DNA from: Marsupella aquatica
Lineage: Eukaryota > Plantae > Marchantiophyta
Assembly: GCA_973895155.1 (NCBI GenBank)
Contig: OZ316895.1
Coordinates: forward strand, 11,973,929-12,037,928
DNA: 64,000 nt
Direction of reading: 5' to 3'
Under the pieces are notes generated by a model that saw only the letters and a list, made by a program, of their open reading frames with translations, was not told the DNA's origin and searched no databases. Of the stretch, positions 15,601-28,552 are shown piece after piece. The first letter of the stretch is position 1. Every line of letters begins with the position of its first letter. Both the position numbers and the translations under genes were made by a program.

Positions 15601-18035
15601 TCTGGCACAAGCCCTCCCCAGAATCCTGGAAAGCAACAGATTCATTTGACCGCTCAAAATCCTTTCTGGAGATATAAGCAGGCAACGACAAAAAACAGCT
15701 AGCAGTAGCAGTATCCGCCTTACTTGACAGCATTGTTCAGACCCCCTGCAGAACAGATCTTTGGGCTAGTCAAAGGTGCGCTAAACAGATGACAGAACAA
15801 AGCCGGGAATAACGAATGCTACGGAAAAACTCCGCCTAAACAATATAATAAAGTAGAGATCAAGTGATCATTACCGACATCAACAGCAAGTTTCCCCTTG
15901 GCCGCATCTTTCTGCGCAATTCAGACGATACATAAAGTTCAGACAACTGCTAACAGAAATAACTGAGCCGTACAGCCCTTTAATGAACAAGTGTCCAAAC
16001 TGTTACGCATGAGAGACGAGTAAGGTGTAGCCCATAGAGACTTAACAACTGCCAAATATTCCTTGAAAATAAGACATTATACATCGCGGTTGCGAGAGGA
16101 CATGTTAGTCACGAAAAAATCGTCTTGCTCAATGTGTAGACCTTAAGTTGCAAAAATTCCTTGGTGCTTGTGGCCGGATGAGAATTCAAGGGCATATCGA
16201 CAAGTGTGGTTAAGCCTCCTGTGATAACAGACAAAGCATTAGACTGATTGGAGATAAGAGTTTCCATCTTCAAATCATGATGATGAAGCATCGTACCCAG
16301 AGGGTAGCTGGTGTCCAAGAATTAGAGTGAAATCCTCCCTTTTAAATGCTTTTCGCACTAACATTACTCCTTACAATATTTGAACTCCTGCTGGAAACAC
16401 GCTAAGCGCAGCAGTCACCTTAATGTCTCATTCTCTGCCATAGTTGCTGATGGTAAAGCTCGAACAAAGGAAATCTACCACTGACAAATCAGTTCAACAG
16501 GAACTGGAAGTTACCAGCTGCTGCAGCTCTGGTGCCTGACTGAAATCCCTCCCATTCCGTCCTTCCAGGCTCATCCAAATGGACGTGTCTGTTCGACATT
16601 GCAATCATCAGTGTGTGTCAAATTTATATATGAACGGTATGATCAGTACATAACAAGCTTGACTGCTCCCGATCATAACTGGTTGGGCTTTGGCATAATA
16701 TTCTCAAGCTTCAGGCGAACAGTTTAATGACATTCTGCTGAAAAGACCCCAAGTACAAATGGAAAGTAAGAGATCTGCAAGGCATTCACGCCTCCTTAGC
16801 CACACTTTATCCAGACTGCCGGTGACCTGCGAATTGAGTCCTAAATCTCCCGAGATCTAGGGGAAAAAGAAATCAACCAGAAGTGGCATGAAACTTACAT
16901 ATCAATGAGACCGGGCATGATAACAGCAGTTCCATAGTCCACTACTTTCGGGCCCTTATCGGTCTTCTTCGGCGCTTCACGTTTCTTAGTGACAGACACG
17001 ATACGGCCGTCATCGACCTCAACTGCGACAAACATACCCAGTTCGTTACCTTCATTGGGGGAGGCACAAATGCATCCCCACACTCGTCACTGATATGAGA
17101 GGTTTGAATGCTGCTTAATTACAAATCGAATTATTAATATTCTGGAATGCAGAAACCCAAAATCCAATATATTTTCCTCTGGCTTAATATTTTGCAAAGT
17201 GCTTTAGATGATTCGGTGGCCTGCTATGGTGGAACATCTATGAAAATCACAGGTGCCGTCCGACAGTCTCAAATTGCATCAATATTCTGTGTGGAGAAAA
17301 CTGATTCGAATTTGGTTTTTCAGCATGGACCCCTCAGGGTGAAATTTTCCCAGTACCCCTCACTGAATGTGACGAAGTGCAAAGTTTACTGGAGACTGAT
17401 GGGCTTTCAATTAATCAGCAACCACCACTAAGGGTTTTGTCGCAAAACTTCACAGCGTCTGACTAATTGCTCTCCTGATCCACCATTCGCCACCAGAAGC
17501 ACTCGAAGTTCACACAGAGCACTCAACGAGAAGGCCACTGTTTGTAAAGAAAGGCACACCCCCACCTGCAGCTGGAAAGACCCCATCTGGAGTTACGACG
17601 CGCTTGCTGTAGAGAACGAAATGGTCATCACCAAGCAGGCTGCATTGGCTGCTTATCTGTCACGGTAACGTACCACAAAACCCATTCTCCTTCATCAGAG
17701 AACGACGAGGCACTGAAACGACCGAATTATTAATGTGTCAATGAATAAAATTCACCGACAGAGCTAAGAACGATGTCACATAGCCAATCCAAAAATGAAT
17801 ATCAACTTTAGAGGTGAATTCGGCTCCACAAACGAGCAGATCAAAAACGCAGCCAGAAGGGACAGAGTGTCATGAGGAGAGATCAGAGATCCAAGAGGAG
17901 GCGGGCAAAAGAGCGCTCGTAGTTCACCGTCTGGTCAAAGGTGGGCATTCCCAGGAGCACATAGCCGATTGCGAAGGCCAGGAGAGGTAGTGTCCATCCT
18001 CGAAGCATTGGGCGGAGAACATCCGCGGGTTCCAT
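12633..18035 (-). CDS. ALN: Allantoinase (ureide/purine catabolism amidohydrolase), multi-exon
   Basis: Exon 1 (18035-17928) reads [36 protein letters not shown], a hydrophobic anchor. Exon 17656-17566 reads [21 protein letters not shown]. Later exons carry [77 protein letters not shown] and [11 protein letters not shown]. The final exon 12770-12633 ends [12 protein letters not shown]...SGLP*. Confidence 0.93.
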
Positions 18036-18922
18036 CGTGTCTACTCTACTATGTTTCGCTACTCTTCTCTCCTCAATCTCTTCTCGTCACTCTGTTCTGT
18101 TCTCACCCTCTCTGGCTTTTCCCTCCCTTGTCTTCTCTTCGTGTTTTTAGTGATCCTCCTCACTCTTTTTCTCGTCTCGCCTCTGTTTTGTTTCTCACCC
18201 TCGGCCTTTTCCTTCCCTTGTGTTCTCTTTGTGTTTTCACCTCTGGTGTAGTCTTCTCTTCGAGTTTTCTAGTGATCGAAAACCTCTCCTGTAACCTTAG
18301 TATTCTCTTCGTGATCGTAAACCCCTACTTTTTGTATTTCCATGGGAGTTGTGAGTGATAACCAAAGTAATCTTTAAGATTTTTCCTTTTTGTCCAGTGT
18401 GGGGAATGCCGCCTCTCTGAAGGAGAAAATGCGAGGAATACTCCTCATCTGTTTTCCGTGAATTATTTTGACTGTTAGATGTCCCCTAGATGATGGTTAG
18501 ATTCTGGAAAATAGGTTCTCTGACTACAGTGGGAAGCTGGCTAATGGGATACAACCAATCTAGCAAATTTTCCAGTGGCGAGAATGTTTTGGGGGAGGTG
18601 GAATCTGGCAAAAATTTGCATCTAAAAGACAGATTGATGATTACTCCTTGCCAGCCTTGTCTGGGACTTCTCTTCATATGTCTGTGGATGGTTATGACTG
18701 CAAACCCTTGTCTAGGGTTGTGAGATGTCAGCCCCCTAGCAACTGTAGTTGGCCTGGAGGGTTATCCAATTTCAGGTTCAATTTTCAGGCTAAAAACATA
18801 CCAATATTACGCTCAGGGCTTATGCTTGTTAATCCATGGCCACTTGGGGTCACTGCTGTAACCCCCTTGGGCTTACACTCGGGGCTTATGCTTGCACTCA
18901 TTAATCCATGGCCCCTTGGGAT

Positions 18923-21900
18923 TGTTAGATATTGCTCTAGTCTTGTGACTCTTGAGCTAACCACAGTTAGTCTAACTCGGGTTAGGACTTAGCTAATGTT
19001 AGCGGTAGTGCTATTGTGCATTTAGCCAGGGCTGATGCCAGACCCTGGTGGAACTTAGGCTCATTGTTACGGAGCTAGTTGAGAGATAGGGAGAGCTTGT
19101 GCTGTGGCTACTTGGTATGGCAGTCGGCCTAGAGTGCAGTAAGGCTCTTGTGTGTTCCCGTGGACGTAGCCTCATGTGGAGGTGAACCACGTATCTCTCT
19201 GTGTCGACTATTGTGCGTTGGATGGTTCATGGACTTGCCGTTACGAATGTCGTCAATGCTCAACAAGTGGTATCAGAGCATGCCTGGGAGGTGACGAGGT
19301 TTTTTCGTGACAGGTTTTTTCCAGCGTTCATTGTTGATGGCACATTTGGAGTTTCGTCGCATGAAACTCGAATGTGTGTGGCTGAGCGGATAGGTTAGTG
19401 AGAGGGCTTTCTAACGGTGGTTAGAACTCGCTGATCGGTATCCGTGGTGCGGAGGAATTGAAATTTGCGTCGTTCAGGTTTTATTCGTGTTCGACGGCTT
19501 TTTGGGGGAGAGACCAGAGATCACATTTTTCAACGGTGTGAGCCGTGCGGTGCGGGAGGGATCACACATTATAGCTCAAGTTGAAGGTTGATGCGAGCTG
19601 GTCGTTTCGGTAGCTGAGTTGCTGCCGAGTTGTCACCAAGTGCGTTGTGACGAGTGAAGGAGGCGTTCAGGTTTTTTCACAAGCTATGGAGCTTGTTCAC
19701 ATCTGAACCAGGTTTCTCTTCGTGACGTACGACTCGGTAGAAGAAACGCGAAGTGCTACTGCTCAATGGTTTGATCGCGGCGAGGCGGTTATTTTGAGCC
19801 CGGGATTGGCACTTGACGCGGAGTGAAGACGACACGGCGGAAATTATTCACTTTGCTGGAGCTGTAGACTGTGCCGGTGCAATTCGGCAACTTTTCCCGT
19901 CGACGGCGTTCACTTTCCTCACTTAAAACAACGGCTATTAGGTGAGTTTTTTGGTTTATTAAAGGGGTTATTTGGGGCCCCTTTTGTGTATACACGAGGT
20001 GTATACACACACCTCGTTCCCGGCCCCCCCTCGTGACCCCGATTGTTCCCCTCCCTCGCACCCCGTATTTTACTCACACCTCGGCCCTGCGCAGCGCCGG
20101 CCGGCGCAATCGTAGTCGCCCGGCAGCTGGTCCTTACGCGCCCCCGTGTATACCCCGCGCCCCCCTTACTCCCCCTCCGGTCGCCCTTTGGCTGTCGACC
20201 CTTCTCAACGCCCTCGCGACTGCCGGCCGGCTGTCGCGACTCCTACCTCGCCCCGCACGCCCTTGCAGGTGCTCGCTACTACGCGGCACCGGCTGCCTGC
20301 CTTGGCGGCTGTATTTTTTTACTCCTGGCCCCCGCCTCAATACCCTATACGCCCCCTAGCCCCCTAGCGCCTTTTTATACTGGTATTTTTCAGGTTAAGG
20401 GGCTTAGCACCCCTTTAGGGCCCCTTTTTATGCCATTTTTTCCTCTCTTTTGGTTGTCCCTTGTGCCGGGACCTGCCGCCCTCCGTTTTAACCGCTCCGA
20501 CAGGGGGAACGGCCCCCTGTGAGACCTGTCAGACTGTGCGGGAATATTCCCGAAAAACAGAGAGCTATTTTTTGGCCGTCCGACAAAGATTCTGTCCGCC
20601 GAACGATAACTTTTTTGGTTCTTTTTTGGTGAGGACGTTGCCACTGGAGTTAGCAACGCGGCGCACCGATCACATCGCAATTCCGACGACGGGTTGTACT
20701 CGGTATTTCGGTTATTCTCCGAGGTGGTCAAAACGGGGGAGTTTCCCAATGTTTTACCCACCCCGACCGAAATTTGAATAACTTTTCCGTCGAATTTCTA
20801 TTTTGATTTCGGCTTTCAGTATTGGATTCCTAGCTTCGTGGGCTACGCGGCGGTGTTGAGTTTTGAGTTTTATGAGAAGTTTTGAAAAAAGACGTTTTTT
20901 CGTGATTGTTTCATATGAGTGACTCGGAGGATACTGGAAGAATTGGCGTCGGTGGAGCTTCAGGATCACGATGGTCAGACGGAGAGTCTGAGGAGGAGCT
21001 GCTACCATTTGAGGAGGAACAAGTAACACCGGTACGATCACCGGTGCGACGTGCAGTGGAGGAAGCTGTCTTACACCAGAGTTGTCGATAGTTGGGAAGA
21101 AGAGACAGATGGCTAGATTTGGAGGAGTAAAGTTTGAGGTGGAGAAGTACGATGGTCGTACTGATTACTTGCTGTGGGAGAAGCAAGTGAAGGGTGTTCT
21201 TCGGGCCATGGGCTTAGCTCATCTGCTCTCTTCGCGAGAGCAGTATGATGGAGAGGAGGAGATCTCAGAGAAGCAGTGGAGACAGGAACAGGTGATTGCT
21301 GTCAATGCAGTGATGCTTTATCTCAAGCCGCACATCATCAAGCAGCTGGATGATTATGCGGATTGCCCGTCACTATTCAAGGCTCTAAGAGAGAAGTACT
21401 ACCGGGAAGATGCGTCAGACCGACTGTACAAGAAGTCTCTCTTGATGAGCCTCAGGCTCAAGGAAGGGAGCAAGATGCAGGATCATCTAGATGAATTTGA
21501 CAGTCTAGCGGTGGATCTGTCAAACCTGGGAAAAGGAGTTGAAGATGAGGATAAGGCCTTGCTTCTGCTAAGCTCCTTACCATCGTCATATCAGGGCTTG
21601 AAATAGGTGCTCTTGTACAGAGATCTGAAGTCCATTTCGTATAATGAGGTGGTGAGCTCCTTGTTGTCTGATGATGCTCAGAAGAAGCTGGGTCAATCAC
21701 AGACAGCATCTTCTTCTGGCACTGCGCTGAATGTGAACCGGGGAAGAGCAGCGCAACGCACAAATGGGCAGAACAGGTTTAGATCTACATCACGAGGGAG
21801 ATCTAAATCCAGAGGGAAATCGCAAGAGAGGAAGCCTCTTGCATGTTGGAATTGTGGCAAGCCTGGCCACATGAAAAGGGATTGTCGAGTAAAGGTCCCT

Positions 21901-24900
21901 ACTGCATCTGCTAACGCGGCATCGAGCTCGCATGAGGTAGATTTACTCGATGATGATGACATATTGTGATGTCAAAGTTATGCTCTCAACGTAGTGTCAA
22001 ATCCAGGTAAAGATGACTGGATTCTAGATAGTGCATGTACTTTTCACATTTGCTCTAGAAGAGATTGTTTCAGTTCTTACACGGTTTCCAACGGGTCAGT
22101 GTTGATGGGAAATGGAATCCCATGTCAAGTTGTTGGACTTGGATCTGTAAGATTTCAGATGTTTGATGGTGTTGTGAGAACGTTGAGGAATGTGAGACAT
22201 ATTCCCAGCATGATGAAAAATCTCATTTCACTTGGAGTTTTAGAAGCAAATGGCCATCAGTGGAGTTCTGCTAATGGTGTCCTTCAGGTTTCAACTGGTA
22301 CTAAAGTTGTATTGAAGGGAAAGAGACATTGCAATCTATACGTTTTGGAGGGCAGTGTAGTCAGTGATGAAGCCAATGCAACCTTATCTCATGAGGAGAC
22401 GGCCCGGCTCTGGCACTTCCGTTTGGGCCACATGAGTGAAAAAGGTTTGGTTATTCTTCAGAAGAAAGGATTACTTTCTAATTTGCAATCTTGTAAGTTG
22501 GAATTTTGTGAGCACTGTGTGCTAGGGAAGCAGCACAGGAAACCCTTCGGAGTTGGAACTCACACCAGCAAGGAGGTACTTGAGTATGTACATAGTGATG
22601 TGTGGGGTCCAGCCCCTACTCCCTCACATTCTGGACGGTTATACTATGTCACGTTTATAGACGATTACTCAAGGTATGTGTGGATATACTTTCTACACAA
22701 TAAGTCTGATGTTTTTGCCACTTTTAAGGAGTGGCAAGCCCAAGTTGAGAATCAGACTGGTAATAAGGTGAGATATCTACGATCGGATAATGGCGGTGAA
22801 TACAGTTCCGGGGAATTTGGAACGTATTGTAAGGAGCAGGGGATAACCCGCCATCTCACAACAAATTATACTCCTCAGCAAAATGGTGTTTCTGAGAGAC
22901 TCAACCGAACACTATTGGACCGCTCGAGGAGTATGTTGAGTCAATCATGCTTACCACATGAGTTTTGGGCTGAAGCTGTCAACACTACAGCTTATTTGGT
23001 AAATTTTTCTCCATCCAGTTCTATTGGATTCAAGACGCCATTTGAAATGAGGTACGGGCGTCCAGTAGATTACTCACATCTGAGGATTTTTGGATGTGAT
23101 GCTTATGTGCTTACACCTTCCCAGCTTCGATCCAAGCTGGAGTCCAAGTCGAAGAAGTGCATTTTCCTTGGCTATCAGAAAGGTGTGAAGGGTTATAGGT
23201 TATGGGATCCAGTAACCTGTAAACTAATTGTCAGTAGAGATGTGTCCTTTAATGAATCCAGATCATCAAAGGAGGGGGAGAGTTCTCAGGACTCCCATAC
23301 TAACAAGGGGAAATCTCCCATCCCGGACCGGGTTGAGCGGGAGATTAGTCATGATGCAGTTCATGAAAGGAGAGATGGAGAAGCTCCGGGCTTGGAGCCG
23401 GTTCCTGTGATGGAACAAGAGGAGCAGATTGTTGCTAGGGTACCTCAAATTCAACCAGCAACAGCAGCAGATCAGCCTGAGTCATCTACTAGAAGAACTT
23501 CCAGTCGTTCTACTAGAGCTCCTACCAGGTATGGTCAATGGGCAGACTCATCTAAGCTAGATGATATTGACATTGCACCTGATGATGATGACATGGCTTT
23601 GATCTTGGAAGAAGGAGAGTCTTCTTCGTACAGTGAGGCTTGTGCTTCAGAGCAAAAGCATGAGTGGAATGCAGCAATGCAGAGGGAGTTGCAATCTTTG
23701 AGTGACAACAAGACATGGGAGCTGGTGGAGCTTCCAAGAGGTCAACAAGTGGTGGACAGCAAGTGGATTTACAAGTTGAAGGACAGTCCTTCAGAGGGTG
23801 GAGATAATATCTACAAGGCAAGGCTTGTTGCCAAGGGGTTCACTCAGGAGAAAGGAGTGGACTACAATGAGGTCTTTTCACTGGTGGCTAAGTATTCCAC
23901 AATTTGGATCTTGTGTCAGCTTGTTGTGTTTTTTAATCTAGTGATGGATCAGATGGATGTTGTTACTGCTTTTCTCTATGGCAACTTGGACGAGATGATC
24001 TTCATGAGACAACCGCTAGGCTTTATGAAGAAAGGCCAAGAGAACTTAGTTTGCAGATTGCTCAAGTCCTTGTATGGATTGAAGCAGTCTCCCAGACAAT
24101 GGAACAAGCGGTTTGATGATTTTATGCTTGCTCAAGGTTTTACAAGGATGGTGTATGATCCTTGTGTGTATACGAAATCAGTCAAGAATGATGTATTTGG
24201 TTTCATCATTCTGGTGATCTATGTGGATGACATGCTGATTGTGGCTAAACATCAATCTGAGGTTGACAGTCTCAAGGCAAAATTGAGTGTTGAATTCAGG
24301 ATGAAGGATCTTGGTAAGGCCAAGAGGATCTTAGGAATGGAGATTTTTAGGAACTCTGAGACTGGATAGTTGTGCTTGAGTCAAGGCCAGTATGCGAGGA
24401 AAGTACTTGCACGATTCAACATGGAAAACTGTAAGCCAGTGAGTATTCCTTTGGCTTCACATTTCAAGTTATCATCGGCTTTCTCTCCTACGGATGCTGT
24501 GGAGAAAGGTCTGATGGCTAAGATTCCTTATGAGAAGGCAGTAGGCAGTCTGATGTATTTGATGACTTGTACTAGGCCTGACTTGGCCCTAGCGATGGGC
24601 AAGGTTAGCAGATTCATGTCAAATCCAGGGAAGGTACATTGGGAAGCTATGAAGTGGATTCTCAGGTATCTGAAGGGTACACAGGACTATGGATTACTAT
24701 TTGATAACAGATCAAATAGAACGTTAGTTGGCTATGTAAATTCTGACTATGGAGGCTGTCTGGATACAAGGAGATCTACAACTGGGTTTGTATACACTCT
24801 TGGAGGAGGATGTATCAGTTGGAAATCTACCTTGCAGAAGTGCATATCTCAGTCTACTACAGAAGCAGAGTATGTTGCAGCAGCAGAAGCTGCAAAGGAA

Positions 24901-25739
24901 GCAATTTGGTTGGATAAGTTGATCGCGGAGATGGGTTTAGAGCATGGAAAAATGACTCTAAACTATGATAGTCAGAGTGCTCTTCACTTGGCTGCTAACC
25001 AGGTGATGGATAGCAGGGTGAAGCACATTGATATCAGGTACCATTTTATCAGGCAAGCAGTGTCTGATAAAACTTTTGAGCTAGTCAAGATTGATGGAAA
25101 GCTCAATCCCGCTGATGCCTTTACCAAAGTGATTCCTTTGGAGAGTTTCTCAAGACACCGTGCTACTTTGCAGGTTTTGCAGTTGTAGTGCAAGTAGAGT
25201 TATTTAACAATGTGTGACTATTTGTATATGGATTACTCATTCCTGTTAGGCTATGGCTTAGTTCTAGTTAACCCTTAGTTAACCCTTGTGGTTTTTGGGG
25301 GGAGACCTGGTTTGGTGATTGTCTAGAACTTCCCGCTGAGGATTCCATATGGTTGCATTTAGTCCAGTCCCCAAGACAAGAGTCAAGGGGGAGTTTGTTA
25401 GATATTGCTCTAGTCTTGTGACTCTTGAGCTAACCACAGTTAGTCTAACTCGGGTTAGGACTTAGCTAATGTTAGCGGTAGTGCTATTGTGCATTTAGCC
25501 AGGGCTGATGCCAGACCCTGGTGGAACTTAGGCTCATTGTTACGGAGCTAGTTGAGAGATAGGGAGAGCTTGTGCTGTGGATGCTTGGTATGGCCGGTCG
25601 GCCTAGAGTGCAGTAAAGCTCTTGTGTGTTCCCGTGGACGTAGCCTCATGTGGAGGTGAACCACGTATCTCTCTGTGTCGACTATTGTGCGTTGGATGGT
25701 TCATGGGCTTGCCGTTACGAATGTCGTCAATGCTCAACA
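18923..25739 (+). mobile_element. Ty1/copia LTR retrotransposon, full length, copy 1 (6817 bp)
   Basis: LTRs 18923-19265 and 25396-25739 (TG...CA, 343/344 bp). 5-bp TSD GGGAT at 18918-18922 and 25740-25744. PBS TGGTATCAGAGC at 19268 (tRNA-iMet type) and PPT AAGGGGGAG at 25385-25393. Domain order gag-PR-IN-RT-RH is copia-type. Confidence 0.98.
20915..25188 (+). pseudogene. Copia gag-pol of copy 1, disrupted
   Basis: Gag has FEVEKYDG and the zinc knuckle CWNCGKPGHMKRDC. Protease WILDSAC; integrase WHFRLGH..CEHC, VHSDVWGP, RSDNGGEY and GYRLWDP; RT KARLVAKGF, QMDVVTAFLYG and YVDDMLI; RNase H STTEAEY and KHIDIRYHFIR. Lesions: 1-nt deletion near 21075 relative to copy 2, TAG at 21604-21606, TGA at 21967-21969, TAG at 24367-24369. 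Confidence 0.95.
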
Positions 25740-27562
25740 GGGATCACAGCTGTAACCCCCTTGGGCTCACCACCCTCAGGGAGTACATCCCATAACCCCT
25801 TAGGTCGATGGGTTGCCCTACACCTCCTCACTCTCTTTTTGTCCTATCTTCTCTATCCTACTGCTGGTCTACTGTACATTGTTGGTAAGCACTGTTTTGT
25901 ATAGGTGCAAGATTAAAGAATTGGCTTTGCTCAGTGAGTTTGATTTCAGTGGCACTCTACTAAAAGAGTAGAGGCAGCAGTCTGCATCTATTCCTTGCAT
26001 CTTTCAATCTTCACAGTAGATTTGTGGTCTTTGGCCAAAGTTTACTTTACAATATCATGAGAGAACATGTCCTCTAAGTCTGATGTTTAGACATTCTATT
26101 TTTACTTGACACTTCTGAATGGTGACCTTCTGACATTGATGTTAGTCTCTCCTTAGCCATTGACTTCTTTCTGATGTTTTGGCTTGGGTTGCAATGAGAA
26201 AATGGCAGCACCAGTGTCAAGTATTTCTTTCAAAATCCCCTAAGTGCAAGACTGAAGTAAGTGCAATATTGAAGACCTTGCACTCGATAAGCTTGATTTA
26301 AGTAAGTCTAAGATTTAAGACCTTGCACCTTGTAAAAATAAATTAAAATAAAGACCTTGCACCTTGTGAATAACATTTAAAAAATTCCCACTACATTGAC
26401 AGAGACAATACATACACTAGAGGAAACCCTGACAGTAATTAATCTACTCTTGATGCGAATTGGAACATTGGAACCAACTAAGATGGAACATCTTTGGTGG
26501 CAAAGTAGTCAAAAGTTGTTTCTGTAAATTGTGTCTTTCCTATGGCTCTATCTGAGTACAGAAAGCTATTTGCAGAAGGGATTTTGGAACTCCAGCCAAG
26601 AGCAGTAGTCAAATGGAGAGGGTGATTTAAATCTCCAAGATTCCTCTTGGCAAAGAGATTTTATGCATGTAAGTTTCATTTTCATTTTTGTTCTGGCTTC
26701 CTGAGTCGGGATGAGCAGGATGGTGAGAGGCAGTTGTGGAGGGAAGGAGGGGGAAATTATCCTCTTCCAAGACCTGTAGAATTGCAAAGGACAACAATAA
26801 ACAATTGGTTCCATTCCCTCTCCTCCAATCATGTCCCTGCACTCCCCTTTAAAGAATCCTCACTTGGGCTTTTGAAAGAAACATCTGCCTCCTGCATCAA
26901 ATGAATTGTTGAGTGGAGTACCCTAAGTATGAAGTATCTCAACCCAGCACCCAATTTGGGTACCAAAAATTGTAAACTGGTGAAAACCGTCATATCATTT
27001 AAGTGGAACATATCTACATGGCTAAGTGTACAGATTTCTAGACTGATTTGGTCTAATCTTTTGACATCAACTTCCCACCTTAAAAGCTTAAAGCTCCCTC
27101 ACAATTGCAGGTAGGATGTAGTTTCCTAAGCCATGAAGTGTCTCCCCTCCTTTATAGAGAAACTGCTGCCTTATATTTGTAATGAGCAGACGAGACTGAA
27201 TGGATTGAGAAAACTCTCCCAATCTCTCATAAATTGTTGCAACATGTTTGTAGTGGGCCGACAATATTTAATAAAATAAAATAAAACTCTCTCGAATTGC
27301 TGCTTTCCCAGTTATGTAAAGTGCTTCTTCAGCCACTGTCCACTCAAATCTCAAGTACTTGCTTTATTACCAATTGTTTGCCAATGAGGAAAAGTGACAA
27401 TCAATATCTTGGACATGATACAACAGCCAATGTAATTTTCTTGATACAATGTCATTTATACTGGGTGATACATTTTTGTGTCCAATATCTTAGTGCCATC
27501 CAAGTTCATGCAAAATATGAATAATTGGAGGTTGACAATATATTTAAGAGTGCACCTCAAAG

Positions 27563-27948
27563 GAAAATGATGCTCCCATGGACCACAAGGTTGGTCTCTC
27601 AAAACCTCCTGGACCACATCTCCCCAAACTTGAGTTTAATTGTAATAACTTGATGTTAGTAATTTGTTTAATTGTAATAACTTGATGTTAGTAATTTCAA
27701 ATATTTTTTAGTTTGCAGTGTGTGCTAGAGGAGTAGGTAAGTTACACTTGAGAGTGAATTTTTAGCCACTTTAGTTGAATTATTCATCATGGAATGTGGA
27801 GGGGTAAATTCTATTAGATTAATTTTCATTGTGCTGCTATGAAATATTGGGCTTGTGTTTTTTAAGGTAGCCTACTTCTCCACAGTAGTTACCTCATACT
27901 CATCAAGTTATAAGCGCAAAATTTACATGGGCCACCCAAAATGTGGTC
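27563..27948 (+). repeat. Degenerate ~390-bp dispersed repeat (old TE fragment), with an inverted copy at 46178-46560
   Basis: Blocks such as GAAAATGATGCTCCCATGGAC, GAGTTTAATTGTA, CATCATGGAATG, CTATTAGATTAATTTTCA and GGGCTTGTGTTTTT recur in the same order in the reverse complement of 46178-46560. Confidence 0.8.
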
Positions 27949-28552
27949 ATTGTGTTCAACCTGGCTTCACTTGCTCCTCAAATCTCAAAATAATGTTGTG
28001 GCCTTTTGATTGTGCAAATTATTAAAAAAACTAAATCAGGAGAATAGTATTTTGACATGGCATTATTTCTTGTAATAAAAAATAACTCATATTTCCCGCA
28101 GGTCCTGCAAGAACGCGGATGGCACTAAGGTACTGACCTGGGTCAGAGTGTATCCAGGCGCACAGCTATTCTCTACGAATCGTTAAACAGAGAACCGAAC
28201 AAATTATTGGTAAATTTTGAAACAAATCAATTGGCCTCACTGAGAAATTTATCTATACCCACGTAGGGCGGACAGACTTGACATTGCAACTTAACCCGAA
28301 AGAAATAACTTCCTATTGAAACTCTTCGTTACACATACAAGCTGGGGAACGCCAGGAGAGTGATAAATATTACTGTGAAGCTGTACAAAATAACATTCAC
28401 CCTATTACTTTCCGAGCTGCAGGTCCCCCGTGTCATATATTTCTATGCTACACCTGCACACTAATGTCCTATGAGATTCAATGAGACTTTTGTCTGTAGA
28501 TTACAAGGTCAGAAAAGCTTGCCAATCCCTTGTTCATGACAGCTTCTGTGTA

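Noticed and set aside
17969-18358. 129-aa hydrophobic ORF on the plus strand
   Set aside because: It is a translation of a CT-rich low-complexity tract antisense to the allantoinase start.
19201-19398. 65-aa ORF repeated at 39881-40078, and similar small ORFs in the other LTRs
   Set aside because: They span the LTR/PBS and recur only because the LTR is repeated.
20033-20781. Several overlapping Pro/Arg/Ala-rich ORFs in the leader of copia copy 1
   Set aside because: Expected in very GC-rich sequence; they show no domain motifs and are absent from copy 2.
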